Positions 1 through 6,884 of a stretch of 40,003 nt of DNA are shown in pieces. Made by a program: the position numbers and the translations under genes. Below the pieces are notes generated by a model that saw only the letters and a list, made by a program, of their open reading frames with translations, made no database searches and was not told the DNA's origin. Location of the stretch: the IMG/VR virus record IMGVR_UViG_3300045988_056140. One strand, given 5' to 3'. Each line of letters starts with the position of its first letter. Positions within the stretch are counted from its first letter, which is position 1. Source of the DNA: a virus.

Positions 1-119
1 TGTTCGACAATGATTTCAGTCACATAGACCTTTTTGCCGTCCTTGTCATCATAGGTTCTTGTCTGAATACGGCCTTCAAGGGCAATCTTCATGCCTTTGT
101 GAAGGTATCTTTGGCAGAA
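1..119. repeat. Exact 119-bp direct repeat, copy 1 (identical to 39885..40003)
   Basis: tgttcgacaatgatttcagtcacatagacc...gtatctttggcagaa occurs at both window ends, checked by eye base for base. Confidence 0.95.
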
Positions 120-290
120 CTCGCCGCTTTTGCCCCATGCAACGCAGCTGATGAAGTCAGCTTCCGGCTGGCCGTCAGACTTGAAAACTCTGTCTACCGC
201 CAAGCGATAGGAAGCAACGCACTTGCCGGACTGCGTGTGCCGGATGTCAGGATCAGCCGTCAATCGGCCAATCAGAATTACTTTGTTCAC
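1..290 (-). CDS. ssb: Single-stranded DNA-binding protein, 5' part (gene continues at 39884..39779 across the circular junction)
   Basis: GTG at 290 forms a GTGA overlap with the recT stop at 287-289. The translation is VNKVILIGRLTADPDIRHTQSGKCVASYRLAVDR...ISCVAWGKSGEFCQRYLHKGMKIALEGRIQTRTYDD, a typical OB-fold SSB N-terminus. Joined product is 131 aa. Confidence 0.9.
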   Translation of the reverse strand, partial: MNKVILIGRLTADPDIRHTQSGKCVASYRLAVDRVFKSDGQPEADFISCVAWGKSGEFCQRYLHKGMKIALEGRIQTRTYDDKDGKKVYVTEIIVE

Positions 291-1225
291 TGACCTTCAC
301 CCCCGAACAAAGCCGCCTGAATGTCGTTCTGTTCGCTGGTTGCCTGTTCAGGCTCGGAAGGCTGCTCCATGACGATGACATCAGGGTCATTGTCAACATA
401 GTCCTTCGTGCCGTCCTCGTTGATGACGGCCATATCAGCATCAATGGCAGAAGCCATGTCGATAGACATGATGCCCCACTTGCTGATCAGCTGCCGCAAC
501 ATGGTCTTGTATGCCATGCCGTCAAAGTCCTTGTACCAGAAAGAAGAATACATCCACGCATCTTTCGGATCATAGTTCCCGGCCAAGTAATCCGCATACG
601 AAACCTTTTTCTTTTCTCCGTACCTTGTTTTGACCGTGCCGCCGTCCTTTGAAAACGCCTGACTGTACTTGTCAGCGTGGGCAAGCATCCTGTTCCGGCT
701 CCAATAGATAGCCTTTCTGAAGCCGTTGGTATACTCGAACATGGCATAGTAGCCGATGGTTTCAGCCGCTTCACGCTGTTCTTCATCCTCGATCAGCTTG
801 ACTTCGATTTCCTCATTCAGAGGATCGAACTTGACCAGTTCCCCGGCCTTAATTGCAAGAACATTCAGCTTCTTGTACTGGCCGGAACGGATAGCAAGCT
901 GTATGTAGCCCTTATAGCCAAGCTGGAACTGCGCCACCTTGCCGCGCTCCTTGTCGTTGAAGGGAACCATGTAATATTGTCCAAGCTGGGGAGAAGGGGA
1001 CAGCTTCAAGCTTTCGCCCAGCAGAGCAGCGGAAAGGATACTCTGATTTGTGCATTCCTGAAGCGCCGGATTTGTCTGCACCGCAGACACGACATCAGAA
1101 ATGAACCGCTGGCCGTCCTTGCCGCCGATGACCTGATTGATGCGCTGCTTGACCGCATCGCCTGTGAGATAGGAACCGATGCCAAGCCGCTTCTGAGACT
1201 TCTGAAGTGAATTATTGACTGCCAT
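287..1225 (-). CDS. recT: RecT-family single-strand annealing recombinase
   Basis: 312-aa ORF with the RecT-like core ...AQFQLGYKGYIQLAIRSGQYKKLNVLAIKAGELVKFDP.... It lies in a YqaJ/DUF1351/RecT/SSB cluster. Confidence 0.88.
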   Translation of the reverse strand: MAVNNSLQKSQKRLGIGSYLTGDAVKQRINQVIGGKDGQRFISDVVSAVQTNPALQECTNQSILSAALLGESLKLSPSPQLGQYYMVPFNDKERGKVAQFQLGYKGYIQLAIRSGQYKKLNVLAIKAGELVKFDPLNEEIEVKLIEDEEQREAAETIGYYAMFEYTNGFRKAIYWSRNRMLAHADKYSQAFSKDGGTVKTRYGEKKKVSYADYLAGNYDPKDAWMYSSFWYKDFDGMAYKTMLRQLISKWGIMSIDMASAIDADMAVINEDGTKDYVDNDPDVIVMEQPSEPEQATSEQNDIQAALFGGEGQ

Positions 1226-1241
1226 TGTCGTTCATCCTTTC

Positions 1242-2069
1242 TTATATAGCCTTATATCTGATGCCGTTGTTTCTGAGCCAAGCGCCCAGCGCCTTTGCTT
1301 CGTCAGCGGAAAGAAGCGCCTGAAAACCAATCCACTTACGGGAAGGAAGGTTTTCAATGTCATCAGGGTCGTTGATGTTGGTCATGACCTGTGAATGCTT
1401 GACTGCTGCCGATTCTTCCTTCTGCTTCTGCTGCGCCGCTTCCCATGCCGCCTTCTTTTCAGCCTGTTCTTGGAGCCTGTGGGCTTCGCTGACGGCTTTT
1501 GCAAGGTCAAGGGTATCAACGTAGCACTCCCGCGCTTCAAACGCATAGGACGGCAGAGAAGCGATAACAGCAAGGTCTTTCGCAACCTGATCCAGCTTTG
1601 CGTCAATGGCTTCCTGAATGGACTTCATGGAAACAGAAGCATTCAGCCACTTGTCATCAACCACAAGCCGATGATTCAACGGGACAGACGGAAGCTTTGC
1701 GGCAAGAGCAATGCCGAAGTATTCAAGAATCGCATCCAGCTTTTCTGCCTTCTTTTTTTCGTCAAACTCCTTGACCTGCTTGTCCACGACAGACACCGAA
1801 TTATCAATAATCTTGACAAGTTCGGCAATCTGTGCCTTGAAGGTATTGAACGGCTGCATATACTCTTTTTCCTGCCGAATGCGTTCATCATTCAGGGCTT
1901 TCTTTAACCGGTTCAGCGCCGCACGGTCTGCCTTGGCTTCCTTCACCTGATCTTCCGTGTAAACCATAGTTTCATAGACAGACACTTTGTGAAGCAGCTC
2001 TGACTTCAGTTCTTCATAGTTGAAGGTTATCGGCGCAGGAAGCGCCACTTCGTTGATCTTTAATTCCAT
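1242..2069 (-). CDS. DUF1351-like phage protein (recombination-module accessory)
   Basis: 275-aa coiled-coil-rich ORF beginning MELKINEVALPAPITFNYEELKSEL. Its position between the exonuclease and RecT is typical of DUF1351. Family recalled from memory. Confidence 0.65.
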   Translation of the reverse strand: MELKINEVALPAPITFNYEELKSELLHKVSVYETMVYTEDQVKEAKADRAALNRLKKALNDERIRQEKEYMQPFNTFKAQIAELVKIIDNSVSVVDKQVKEFDEKKKAEKLDAILEYFGIALAAKLPSVPLNHRLVVDDKWLNASVSMKSIQEAIDAKLDQVAKDLAVIASLPSYAFEARECYVDTLDLAKAVSEAHRLQEQAEKKAAWEAAQQKQKEESAAVKHSQVMTNINDPDDIENLPSRKWIGFQALLSADEAKALGAWLRNNGIRYKAI

Positions 2070-2084
2070 GTGTTTCTCCTTTTC

Positions 2085-2747
2085 TTATATTTCCGGCAAC
2101 AGAAGCGCCGGCTTCTTTTTGGCCTGAACGCTTTTCCAGAAGTCAGCTTCTTTCTGCATCAGGTATGCAATATCTTCCTGAACATCCGAACGTTCAATTT
2201 TGTAGTGCTTTGTCTGAAGCATGATGTCACCGCCCGGAAACTCATATTTCAGTTGTGCTTTCAGGACGGCAAAATCAAATTCTGTGACCATCAGATAATG
2301 AAGTACCTGTATGTAGTAGTTATCCGGGATTCTGTGATCCCACTTTTCCTTCTGCATACTCTGAAGGATGTTGGTGGTCTTGATTTCAAGAACGCCCTTC
2401 CTGCCGTCCTGATCCGTAAGCCATCCATCAAGAGACGCATGGGCAAAGGGAAAAGCATCATTCAGCCAGAGATTGTTTTCGGCATAGCCTACTTCGTATT
2501 CAGGGAAGTCCAGCGCAAACAGATTCCGCAGATAGCTTTCAGCAGCGTGACCATACTTCACATACGGCTTTTCGCTTATATCTTCCGGTGTCACAATGCC
2601 GATCTTTTCCTGCCACAGTTCAAGATTGGACTTGTACGGATTCAAGCCAAGCACCGCCGCCGCGTCAGAACCGCCGATGTAGTTTTTTCTTGCGTTCAGC
2701 CATTCATCGTGGCTTGACAGGATTTTCATTTCAATCAAGGCATTCAC
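2085..2747 (-). CDS. YqaJ-like (lambda Exo-type PD-(D/E)XK) recombination exonuclease
   Basis: 220-aa ORF with the N-terminal motif YIGGSDAAAVLGLNPYKSNLELWQEK, typical of the YqaJ viral recombinase domain. It is paired with RecT. Confidence 0.85.
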   Translation of the reverse strand: MNALIEMKILSSHDEWLNARKNYIGGSDAAAVLGLNPYKSNLELWQEKIGIVTPEDISEKPYVKYGHAAESYLRNLFALDFPEYEVGYAENNLWLNDAFPFAHASLDGWLTDQDGRKGVLEIKTTNILQSMQKEKWDHRIPDNYYIQVLHYLMVTEFDFAVLKAQLKYEFPGGDIMLQTKHYKIERSDVQEDIAYLMQKEADFWKSVQAKKKPALLLPEI

Positions 2748-2786
2748 TCCTTCTGAGATTTAGCAGATTTGGGGCTGGCCGTGGCA

Positions 2787-3479
2787 CTAATACAGAATGT
2801 CATAAGGTTCTTCGCAGATTTCTACAATGTGTTGGCACAGGGCTTCAGGAATCTTTGGCCTTTCCATGCTGTTCTTCAGCGCACTTGTTCCACCGCGGGG
2901 AAGGATGATGCCCATTTGTTTTGCCTTCCTGATGGTTGCCCCTCTTGGGCTTCTTTCGTGGCATGGGTCGCCGTTTTTGCAGATGGGCTTAAACCTCGGG
3001 AACGGGTGGTTTGTCCAAATGTCGGTAGGCTTCATTCTTGTGTCACCATACTGGCAGTATGTGACTGTGTAACGGGGAAGTCCCTGCATCCAGGTCATCT
3101 TTCTCATGCCACCACGGGGATTTTCGATGAAGTAAAACTTCGGTTTCAGCTCACGGATAAGCTGTAAAACATGCTGATCGACCGCATCGCAGAACCTCGC
3201 GTATTCGCTGACGGGATCAAGATTGCCGGTCACGGCGTTCTTGCGCCGGTGATGACTGATTGCCGCAATGCTGAATGTCGTGCAGTCCGGGCTTGCCCAT
3301 ATAACATCCGGTCTGCCGAACCGCTGAATGATGTCATCAGCCGTGACCGTCATGATGTCGGCATACAGGTCAATGTTTTCAAAGTGCTTGTCCCACTCGA
3401 CAGAAAACACTTCGTGACCGTGGGCTTCAAAGGCCTTGCCGATGCTTCGCGTCCCGGCGAAAAGTTCAAGAACCTTCAT
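2787..3479 (-). CDS. DNA (cytosine-5) methyltransferase, orphan
   Basis: Motifs ELFAGTRS (AdoMet binding), ASPDCTTFS (catalytic Cys, a PC-motif variant) and FIENPRG (ENV-like). Start placed at ATG 3479, with GGAGGA 7 nt upstream and an ATGA overlap with the upstream stop, rather than the track start 3500. Confidence 0.72.
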   Translation of the reverse strand: MKVLELFAGTRSIGKAFEAHGHEVFSVEWDKHFENIDLYADIMTVTADDIIQRFGRPDVIWASPDCTTFSIAAISHHRRKNAVTGNLDPVSEYARFCDAVDQHVLQLIRELKPKFYFIENPRGGMRKMTWMQGLPRYTVTYCQYGDTRMKPTDIWTNHPFPRFKPICKNGDPCHERSPRGATIRKAKQMGIILPRGGTSALKNSMERPKIPEALCQHIVEICEEPYDILY

Positions 3480-3682
3480 TCTATGTAATCCTCCGTACAT
3501 TTCTTGTGGTTTGTTTCAAGACAGTCCGTGCAGATAAGTTCGCCGTTCATCTCCCAGCATTCATCGTCCTGTATGTGTTCGCCGCACTCATAGCACACAG
3601 GCCGCCTTGCAAGCCACGCTTCGGCCTGTCTTTCGTGATCTTCCCATTGACTGTAATTATCAGGACAGCCCATCTGGATCAC
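3476..3682 (-). CDS. Small Cys-rich (zinc-ribbon-like) hypothetical protein
   Basis: 68-aa ORF with CYECGEH...CTDC, translationally coupled to the methylase. Confidence 0.55.
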   Translation of the reverse strand: MIQMGCPDNYSQWEDHERQAEAWLARRPVCYECGEHIQDDECWEMNGELICTDCLETNHKKCTEDYIE

Positions 3683-3863
3683 CGCCTACCGCCTGAATGC
3701 GGGCAATGTGCTGTTCATAGCTCACTGGCTGCTCTGCCGGATGTTCAACCCATGCCCGGAACATCATCACGGCCACAGTTGCCCACAGAAGCACAACCAC
3801 GGCAGTCAGGCAAGCGTCCTTATAGCCGCGTTTGCGCTGGTTTCTCGTTTTCGTTCGTTTCAT
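3660..3863 (-). CDS. Small membrane protein (basic N-terminus plus one TM helix)
   Basis: 67 aa, MKRTKTRNQRKRGYKDACLTAVVVLLWATVAVMMF. AAGGAAGAAGG RBS just upstream of ATG 3863. Confidence 0.5.
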   Translation of the reverse strand: MKRTKTRNQRKRGYKDACLTAVVVLLWATVAVMMFRAWVEHPAEQPVSYEQHIARIQAVGGDPDGLS

Positions 3864-4047
3864 GTGCCTTCTTCCTTATCTTTAGCTTTTCTTCTTCGAT
3901 GAGCACCGCCGCTGCGGCTTGCTCTATGCGCTTCATGCGCCTGGCTCTTTCTTCGTCCGTCAGGATTGGTTGGTAGACATACGCCGTCAGACCCGGAAAC
4001 TTGAAAACCCTCGGTTCACCATAGACATCCTGACTTTGACTTTTCAC
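3820..4047 (-). CDS. Hypothetical protein
   Basis: 75-aa ORF with a GTG start at 4047 preceded by AAGGGAG with a 7-nt spacer. Confidence 0.5.
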   Translation of the reverse strand: MKSQSQDVYGEPRVFKFPGLTAYVYQPILTDEERARRMKRIEQAAAAVLIEEEKLKIRKKAHETNENEKPAQTRL

Positions 4048-4107
4048 AAAAACACTCCCTTTCTGTTATGATTTAACCTATTCGGTCATTGGTTGTCCGA
4101 ATGCTGG

Positions 4108-4332
4108 TTATTCCTCCGGGATGTCCCTGAACAGCAGCTCCAGCGTGTCCAGCGTCCAGCCCTCGGCCATCAGTGCCTTGCCGCGCTTTTCCAACCAGCG
4201 CAGATCAGCAAGGTATTTCCGCTTGCGATACAAAAGCCGCTGCTCCTTCTGCGCCAGCTTCACAGCGTCCGTTTTCTTCAGGCGCTCGATCTCGGCGTCA
4301 ACCAGTTCTTCCGGTGTGATTTTCCTTGACAT
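4108..4332 (-). CDS. Hypothetical protein
   Basis: 74-aa ORF with a GGAGG RBS 8 nt upstream of ATG 4332. Confidence 0.55.
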   Translation of the reverse strand: MSRKITPEELVDAEIERLKKTDAVKLAQKEQRLLYRKRKYLADLRWLEKRGKALMAEGWTLDTLELLFRDIPEE

Positions 4333-4354
4333 CGGTGTTACCTCCTTCTGCTAA

Positions 4355-4370
4355 GTTCAAAAAGTTAAAC
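4355..4370. promoter_or_regulatory. Remote operator-like site S1 (GTTCAAAAAGTTAAAC)
   Basis: One mismatch from the 16-bp palindrome repeated in the cI/early-promoter region. The surrounding 22 nt (ctaagttcaaaaagttaaactt) nearly repeat 5431-5452. Confidence 0.5.
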
Positions 4371-4580
4371 TTTTCGTGTAAAAAAATATTCGCCGATTTC
4401 TGCCGCTTCAAAGCCAAGTGCGTTCTTGGTTTTTTCGATTTCATCGGCAGTCCACTTGATCTTGTTATTCAGTCTCATGGAAAGCCCAGCCTTAGAAAGC
4501 CCGATTGCTTCAGCGAAGGCTTCCTGCGTCCCGTACACCTCGCGGATTTTACCGCGCAGCTTTGCATAGCTTGCACTCAT
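4365..4580 (-). CDS. Cro-like HTH protein (DUF739-like)
   Basis: 71 aa, MSASYAKLRGKIREVYGTQEAFAEAIGLSKAGLSMRLNNKIKWTADEIEK...YFF. Pattern recalled for DUF739 phage Cro-like regulators. Confidence 0.65.
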   Translation of the reverse strand: MSASYAKLRGKIREVYGTQEAFAEAIGLSKAGLSMRLNNKIKWTADEIEKTKNALGFEAAEIGEYFFTRKV

Positions 4581-4584
4581 TAAA

Positions 4585-5091
4585 TCAATCCTTTCTTTTT
4601 GAGTTTCTTTTATTATTCGCTTGTTCTTTTATTGAAGCCCATCTAATATTTCCAGGCTCATAGTTCCCGTCCACATTTATTCTGTCAATCGTATAACCAG
4701 ATTCGTTAAAGTGCGGAAGAATAGAAACATAGTCATAAAATGCTTGAAAGTCATTCACCCATTCGGCACAAACTCTGATTCCGCGTCCACCATAATTGGG
4801 GAAGTCTTTGCAATGTGGATGGTTACATCGCCTTTTCATTCCCGCCCAAGTACGAAATGTCTTTGTATGCGATAGCCCATGCGTAACATGATTTCCCTTT
4901 TTGGACACTTCGATAAAAAGGCAACCACAAGACCTTGTGTTTCCACTGTGCAAAGCGTTTAGCGGAACAAGTGTTTTGTTCCCACATTCGCATTCACACT
5001 CCCATAGCGCGTGTCCGTGTTTATCTTTTCCAACACGCTTCACGGCAGTAAGCCGACCAAACTTCTGACCGGCAATGTCTTTGTATCTCAT
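4585..5091 (-). CDS. DNA-binding protein with Cys cluster and AP2/HNH-associated C-terminal domain
   Basis: 168 aa with GRLTAV...WECECECGNKTLV...SCGC followed by YGGRGIRVCAEW...IDRINVDGNYEPGNIRWASIKEQANN. Common phage family, annotated variously. Assignment from memory. Confidence 0.55.
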   Translation of the reverse strand: MRYKDIAGQKFGRLTAVKRVGKDKHGHALWECECECGNKTLVPLNALHSGNTRSCGCLFIEVSKKGNHVTHGLSHTKTFRTWAGMKRRCNHPHCKDFPNYGGRGIRVCAEWVNDFQAFYDYVSILPHFNESGYTIDRINVDGNYEPGNIRWASIKEQANNKRNSKRKD

Positions 5092-5152
5092 GCATTCACT
5101 TTCCTTTCCGGGCGGTTTAGCCGCCGCCCTTCGGCTTTGTGCTTCATTCGGC

Positions 5153-5299
5153 TCAATACTCCGCCGGGTCGATAAGTCCCATGTCGTTGCAGAGCATGAA
5201 GATGTAAGAGTAATTGCTTCCCTGCTTTTTAAGCATCTTCTCGCGTTCTTCTTTCAGTTCTGCCAGCAAGTATTCTTTCATTTCTTCGATAGTCATCAT
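5153..5299 (-). CDS. Small early protein (48 aa), first gene of the leftward early operon
   Basis: AGGAGG at 5313-5308 lies 8 nt upstream of ATG 5299. The longer track ORF (to 5398) would begin inside the -10 element and reads through the operator repeats. Confidence 0.5.
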   Translation of the reverse strand: MMTIEEMKEYLLAELKEEREKMLKKQGSNYSYIFMLCNDMGLIDPAEY

Positions 5300-5326
5300 T
5301 TCAATTTCCTCCTGCCTGTTGGCTGT

Positions 5327-5342
5327 GTTCAACTTTTTGAAC
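5327..5342. promoter_or_regulatory. Operator S2: 16-bp palindrome GTTCAACTTTTTGAAC
   Basis: Exact repeat of the site at 5375-5390. Inverted half-sites GTTCAA/TTGAAC. Confidence 0.65.
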
Positions 5343-5374
5343 TTCTTTTGCAAAAAAAATATGTTCGATGCGTT

Positions 5375-5390
5375 GTTCAACTTTTTGAAC
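5375..5390. promoter_or_regulatory. Operator S3: 16-bp palindrome GTTCAACTTTTTGAAC
   Basis: Exact repeat of S2, located immediately downstream of the predicted early-promoter start site. Confidence 0.65.
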
Positions 5391-5399
5391 TCTGCCATT

Positions 5400-5427
5400 A
5401 TTATACTGCTATAATTTTATTTGTCAA
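5400..5427 (-). promoter_or_regulatory. Early leftward promoter (TTGACA-N16-TATAAT)
   Basis: On the minus strand, TTGACA at 5427-5422 and TATAAT at 5405-5400 are both consensus hexamers. They sit in the divergent region facing the repressor gene. Confidence 0.65.
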
Positions 5428-5434
5428 TACCTAA

Positions 5435-5451
5435 GTTCAAAAAAATTAAAC
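5435..5451. promoter_or_regulatory. Operator S4 (GTTCAAAAAAATTAAAC), between the two divergent -35 elements
   Basis: Variant of the palindrome with one extra base. A further degenerate copy (TTGCAAAGTTGAAC) lies at 5459-5472. Confidence 0.5.
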
Positions 5452-5458
5452 TTGCATA

Positions 5459-5487
5459 TTGCAAAGTTGAACTTTCGGTGATATAGT
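5459..5487 (+). promoter_or_regulatory. Repressor-gene promoter (TTGCAA-N17-TATAGT with TG extended -10)
   Basis: TTGCAA at 5459-5464, TG at 5479-5480 and TATAGT at 5482-5487, about 25 nt upstream of the repressor start. Confidence 0.55.
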
Positions 5488-5511
5488 ATGTTTTGGAAAG
5501 GGAGTGATATT

Positions 5512-5868
5512 ATGAGAGTTCCGATATACAGCCGGATTCAAAATGCAATGGATATAAGGAATATGAAGGCTGTTGACATCTGCGAAAAGACAGGCATTCC
5601 AAAATCTTCAATGTCTATGTATTTGTCTGGCAAAGTTGAACCGAAGTCAGATCGCCTATACAAAATCGCAAAATGTCTTGATGTAGCTGAATCATGGTTG
5701 CTTGGCTATGATGTTCCAATGGAAAGGACAAAGGCGCAAAAAAATAACGATGCCATTTCTGACATCGTTCTAAAATTACGCAGTGATGAAGAATTCCTAT
5801 CTATTGTAGATAAAATTAGTAAGATGGATTCCGAAAAGCGGAAAAGCTTAAATGCTTTTCTGGATTAA
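5512..5868 (+). CDS. CI-like XRE-family HTH repressor (no S24 peptidase domain)
   Basis: 118 aa, MRVPIYSRIQNAMDIRNMKAVDICEKTGIPKSSMSMYLSGKVEPKSDRLYKIAKCLDVAESWLLGYD. GGAAAGGGAG RBS before ATG 5512. Divergent from the early operon. Confidence 0.8.
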   Translation: MRVPIYSRIQNAMDIRNMKAVDICEKTGIPKSSMSMYLSGKVEPKSDRLYKIAKCLDVAESWLLGYDVPMERTKAQKNNDAISDIVLKLRSDEEFLSIVDKISKMDSEKRKSLNAFLD

Positions 5869-5978
5869 ATGCCTGTGGATGCTTTGAGCATGATTTGATA
5901 AATAAGGTCTAATAGTTCGACATCATTGCATCTTTCCAATAGTTTGACAATTTCGTGTATGTATGTTGACTTATCCAT
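5865..5978 (-). CDS. Possible 37-aa helical micro-protein
   Basis: MDKSTYIHEIVKLLERCNDVELLDLIYQIMLKASTGI, below the ORF-track cutoff. AAAGGA lies about 8 nt upstream. It resembles the 36-aa ORF at 30075-30185. Confidence 0.3.
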   Translation of the reverse strand: MDKSTYIHEIVKLLERCNDVELLDLIYQIMLKASTGI

Positions 5979-6258
5979 TTTAGACATCCTTTCATTAGAG
6001 GGGAACTAATGTTCTTCGGGTTAATTTTACGAAATTGCAACAAAATTTGAAACCAGAAACAAATGCCATTTTTGGAAAAGGTTGCCCGGCCACCGTGCCA
6101 CCGAATGACCGGGCGTGTAGCAGCTCGTGAGTTGCAGCCCCTCACCTGCTATGGTTACATAATAGAGCGAATTTTCATAAAAAGTAAACACTCAAACCGG
6201 GATAATCTATGTTACAGACGAATTAAACGATGTAAGGAAAGGATAACGGGGGATTTTT

Positions 6259-6834
6259 ATGGAAAAGCAGACTATTATTCAACAAATTCAGCCACAATGC
6301 GACAACCTTTATAAGAGCATCAAGGACGCAGCGATGACGCAGCATAGGACGCACCGTGAGATTGTGGAGCGCACAGGCGTTCCCCGGTCTACCGTTGCAA
6401 AGTTTCTGTCCGGGGCACTGGCAAGCCCCAGCGTGTTTTATATCGCCGCCCTGTGCAAGTATCTCAATCTTTCTATGGATGGACTGTTTGACACAGAGCC
6501 GCAGAGTGAGCGGGAAGCGGGGGAGAACGCCGACCTTCAGGCCAAGCTAAACAGCGCCGAACAGCAAATAAAGCATCTGAACGAAAAGTGCGGGATGCTT
6601 CAAGCCGGAATCAGGGAGCGAAAGCCCGTTATTTATGGGCTGGCTGGCCTGTGCATATTCCTTTCCGTTGCCCTGTGCGGATATATCGCGCTGGACATCA
6701 GTGATAAGAAGCACGGCCTTTTTGTTGCAAACAGATTCCCCGTCATTGGGTGTGCGCTGTGCATTCTCATTGGTGCCGCCGTCTTTGGGTTCCTATACTA
6801 TGTTGCAAAAAGCAGAAGAAAAAAGGATAAATAG
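6259..6834 (+). CDS. Membrane-anchored XRE-family HTH protein (HTH, coiled coil, 2 TM helices)
   Basis: 191 aa. HTH HREIVERTGVPRSTVAKFLSG, coiled coil ADLQAKLNSAEQQIKHLNEK, then hydrophobic segments VIYGLAGLCIFLSVALCGYIAL and VIGCALCILIGAAVFGFLYYV. Ends in KSRRKKDK. Confidence 0.75.
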   Translation: MEKQTIIQQIQPQCDNLYKSIKDAAMTQHRTHREIVERTGVPRSTVAKFLSGALASPSVFYIAALCKYLNLSMDGLFDTEPQSEREAGENADLQAKLNSAEQQIKHLNEKCGMLQAGIRERKPVIYGLAGLCIFLSVALCGYIALDISDKKHGLFVANRFPVIGCALCILIGAAVFGFLYYVAKSRRKKDK

Positions 6835-6884
6835 AAAGACAGTTTAATATAATCGAACAATAACCTAAGAAAGAAGTTGATTTT

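Noticed and set aside
99-293. 64-aa plus-strand ORF at the window start
   Set aside because: It is antisense to the ssb N-terminal coding region, which has unmistakable OB-fold SSB sequence.
5153-5398. Full 81-aa version of the first early ORF
   Set aside because: Its ATG lies inside or just upstream of the predicted -10/transcription start. Its N-terminus (..FKKLN..FKKLN..) is simply the translated operator palindromes. An internal ATG at 5299 has a perfect AGGAGG RBS.
6084-6151. tRNA or tmRNA fragment (possible att-site remnant)
   Set aside because: It has no cloverleaf, no T-loop (GTTCGAATC-like) and no acceptor/CCA features, only two simple hairpins. It is kept as a low-confidence structured-element finding instead.
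5909-6314. Track ORFs 5909-6145(-) and 6063-6314(+) in the cI/XRE intergenic region
   Set aside because: Neither has an RBS. Both have Cys/Arg/Trp-rich odd composition, they overlap each other across the GC-rich hairpins, and the plus-strand one runs into the well-supported 6259 CDS in another frame.
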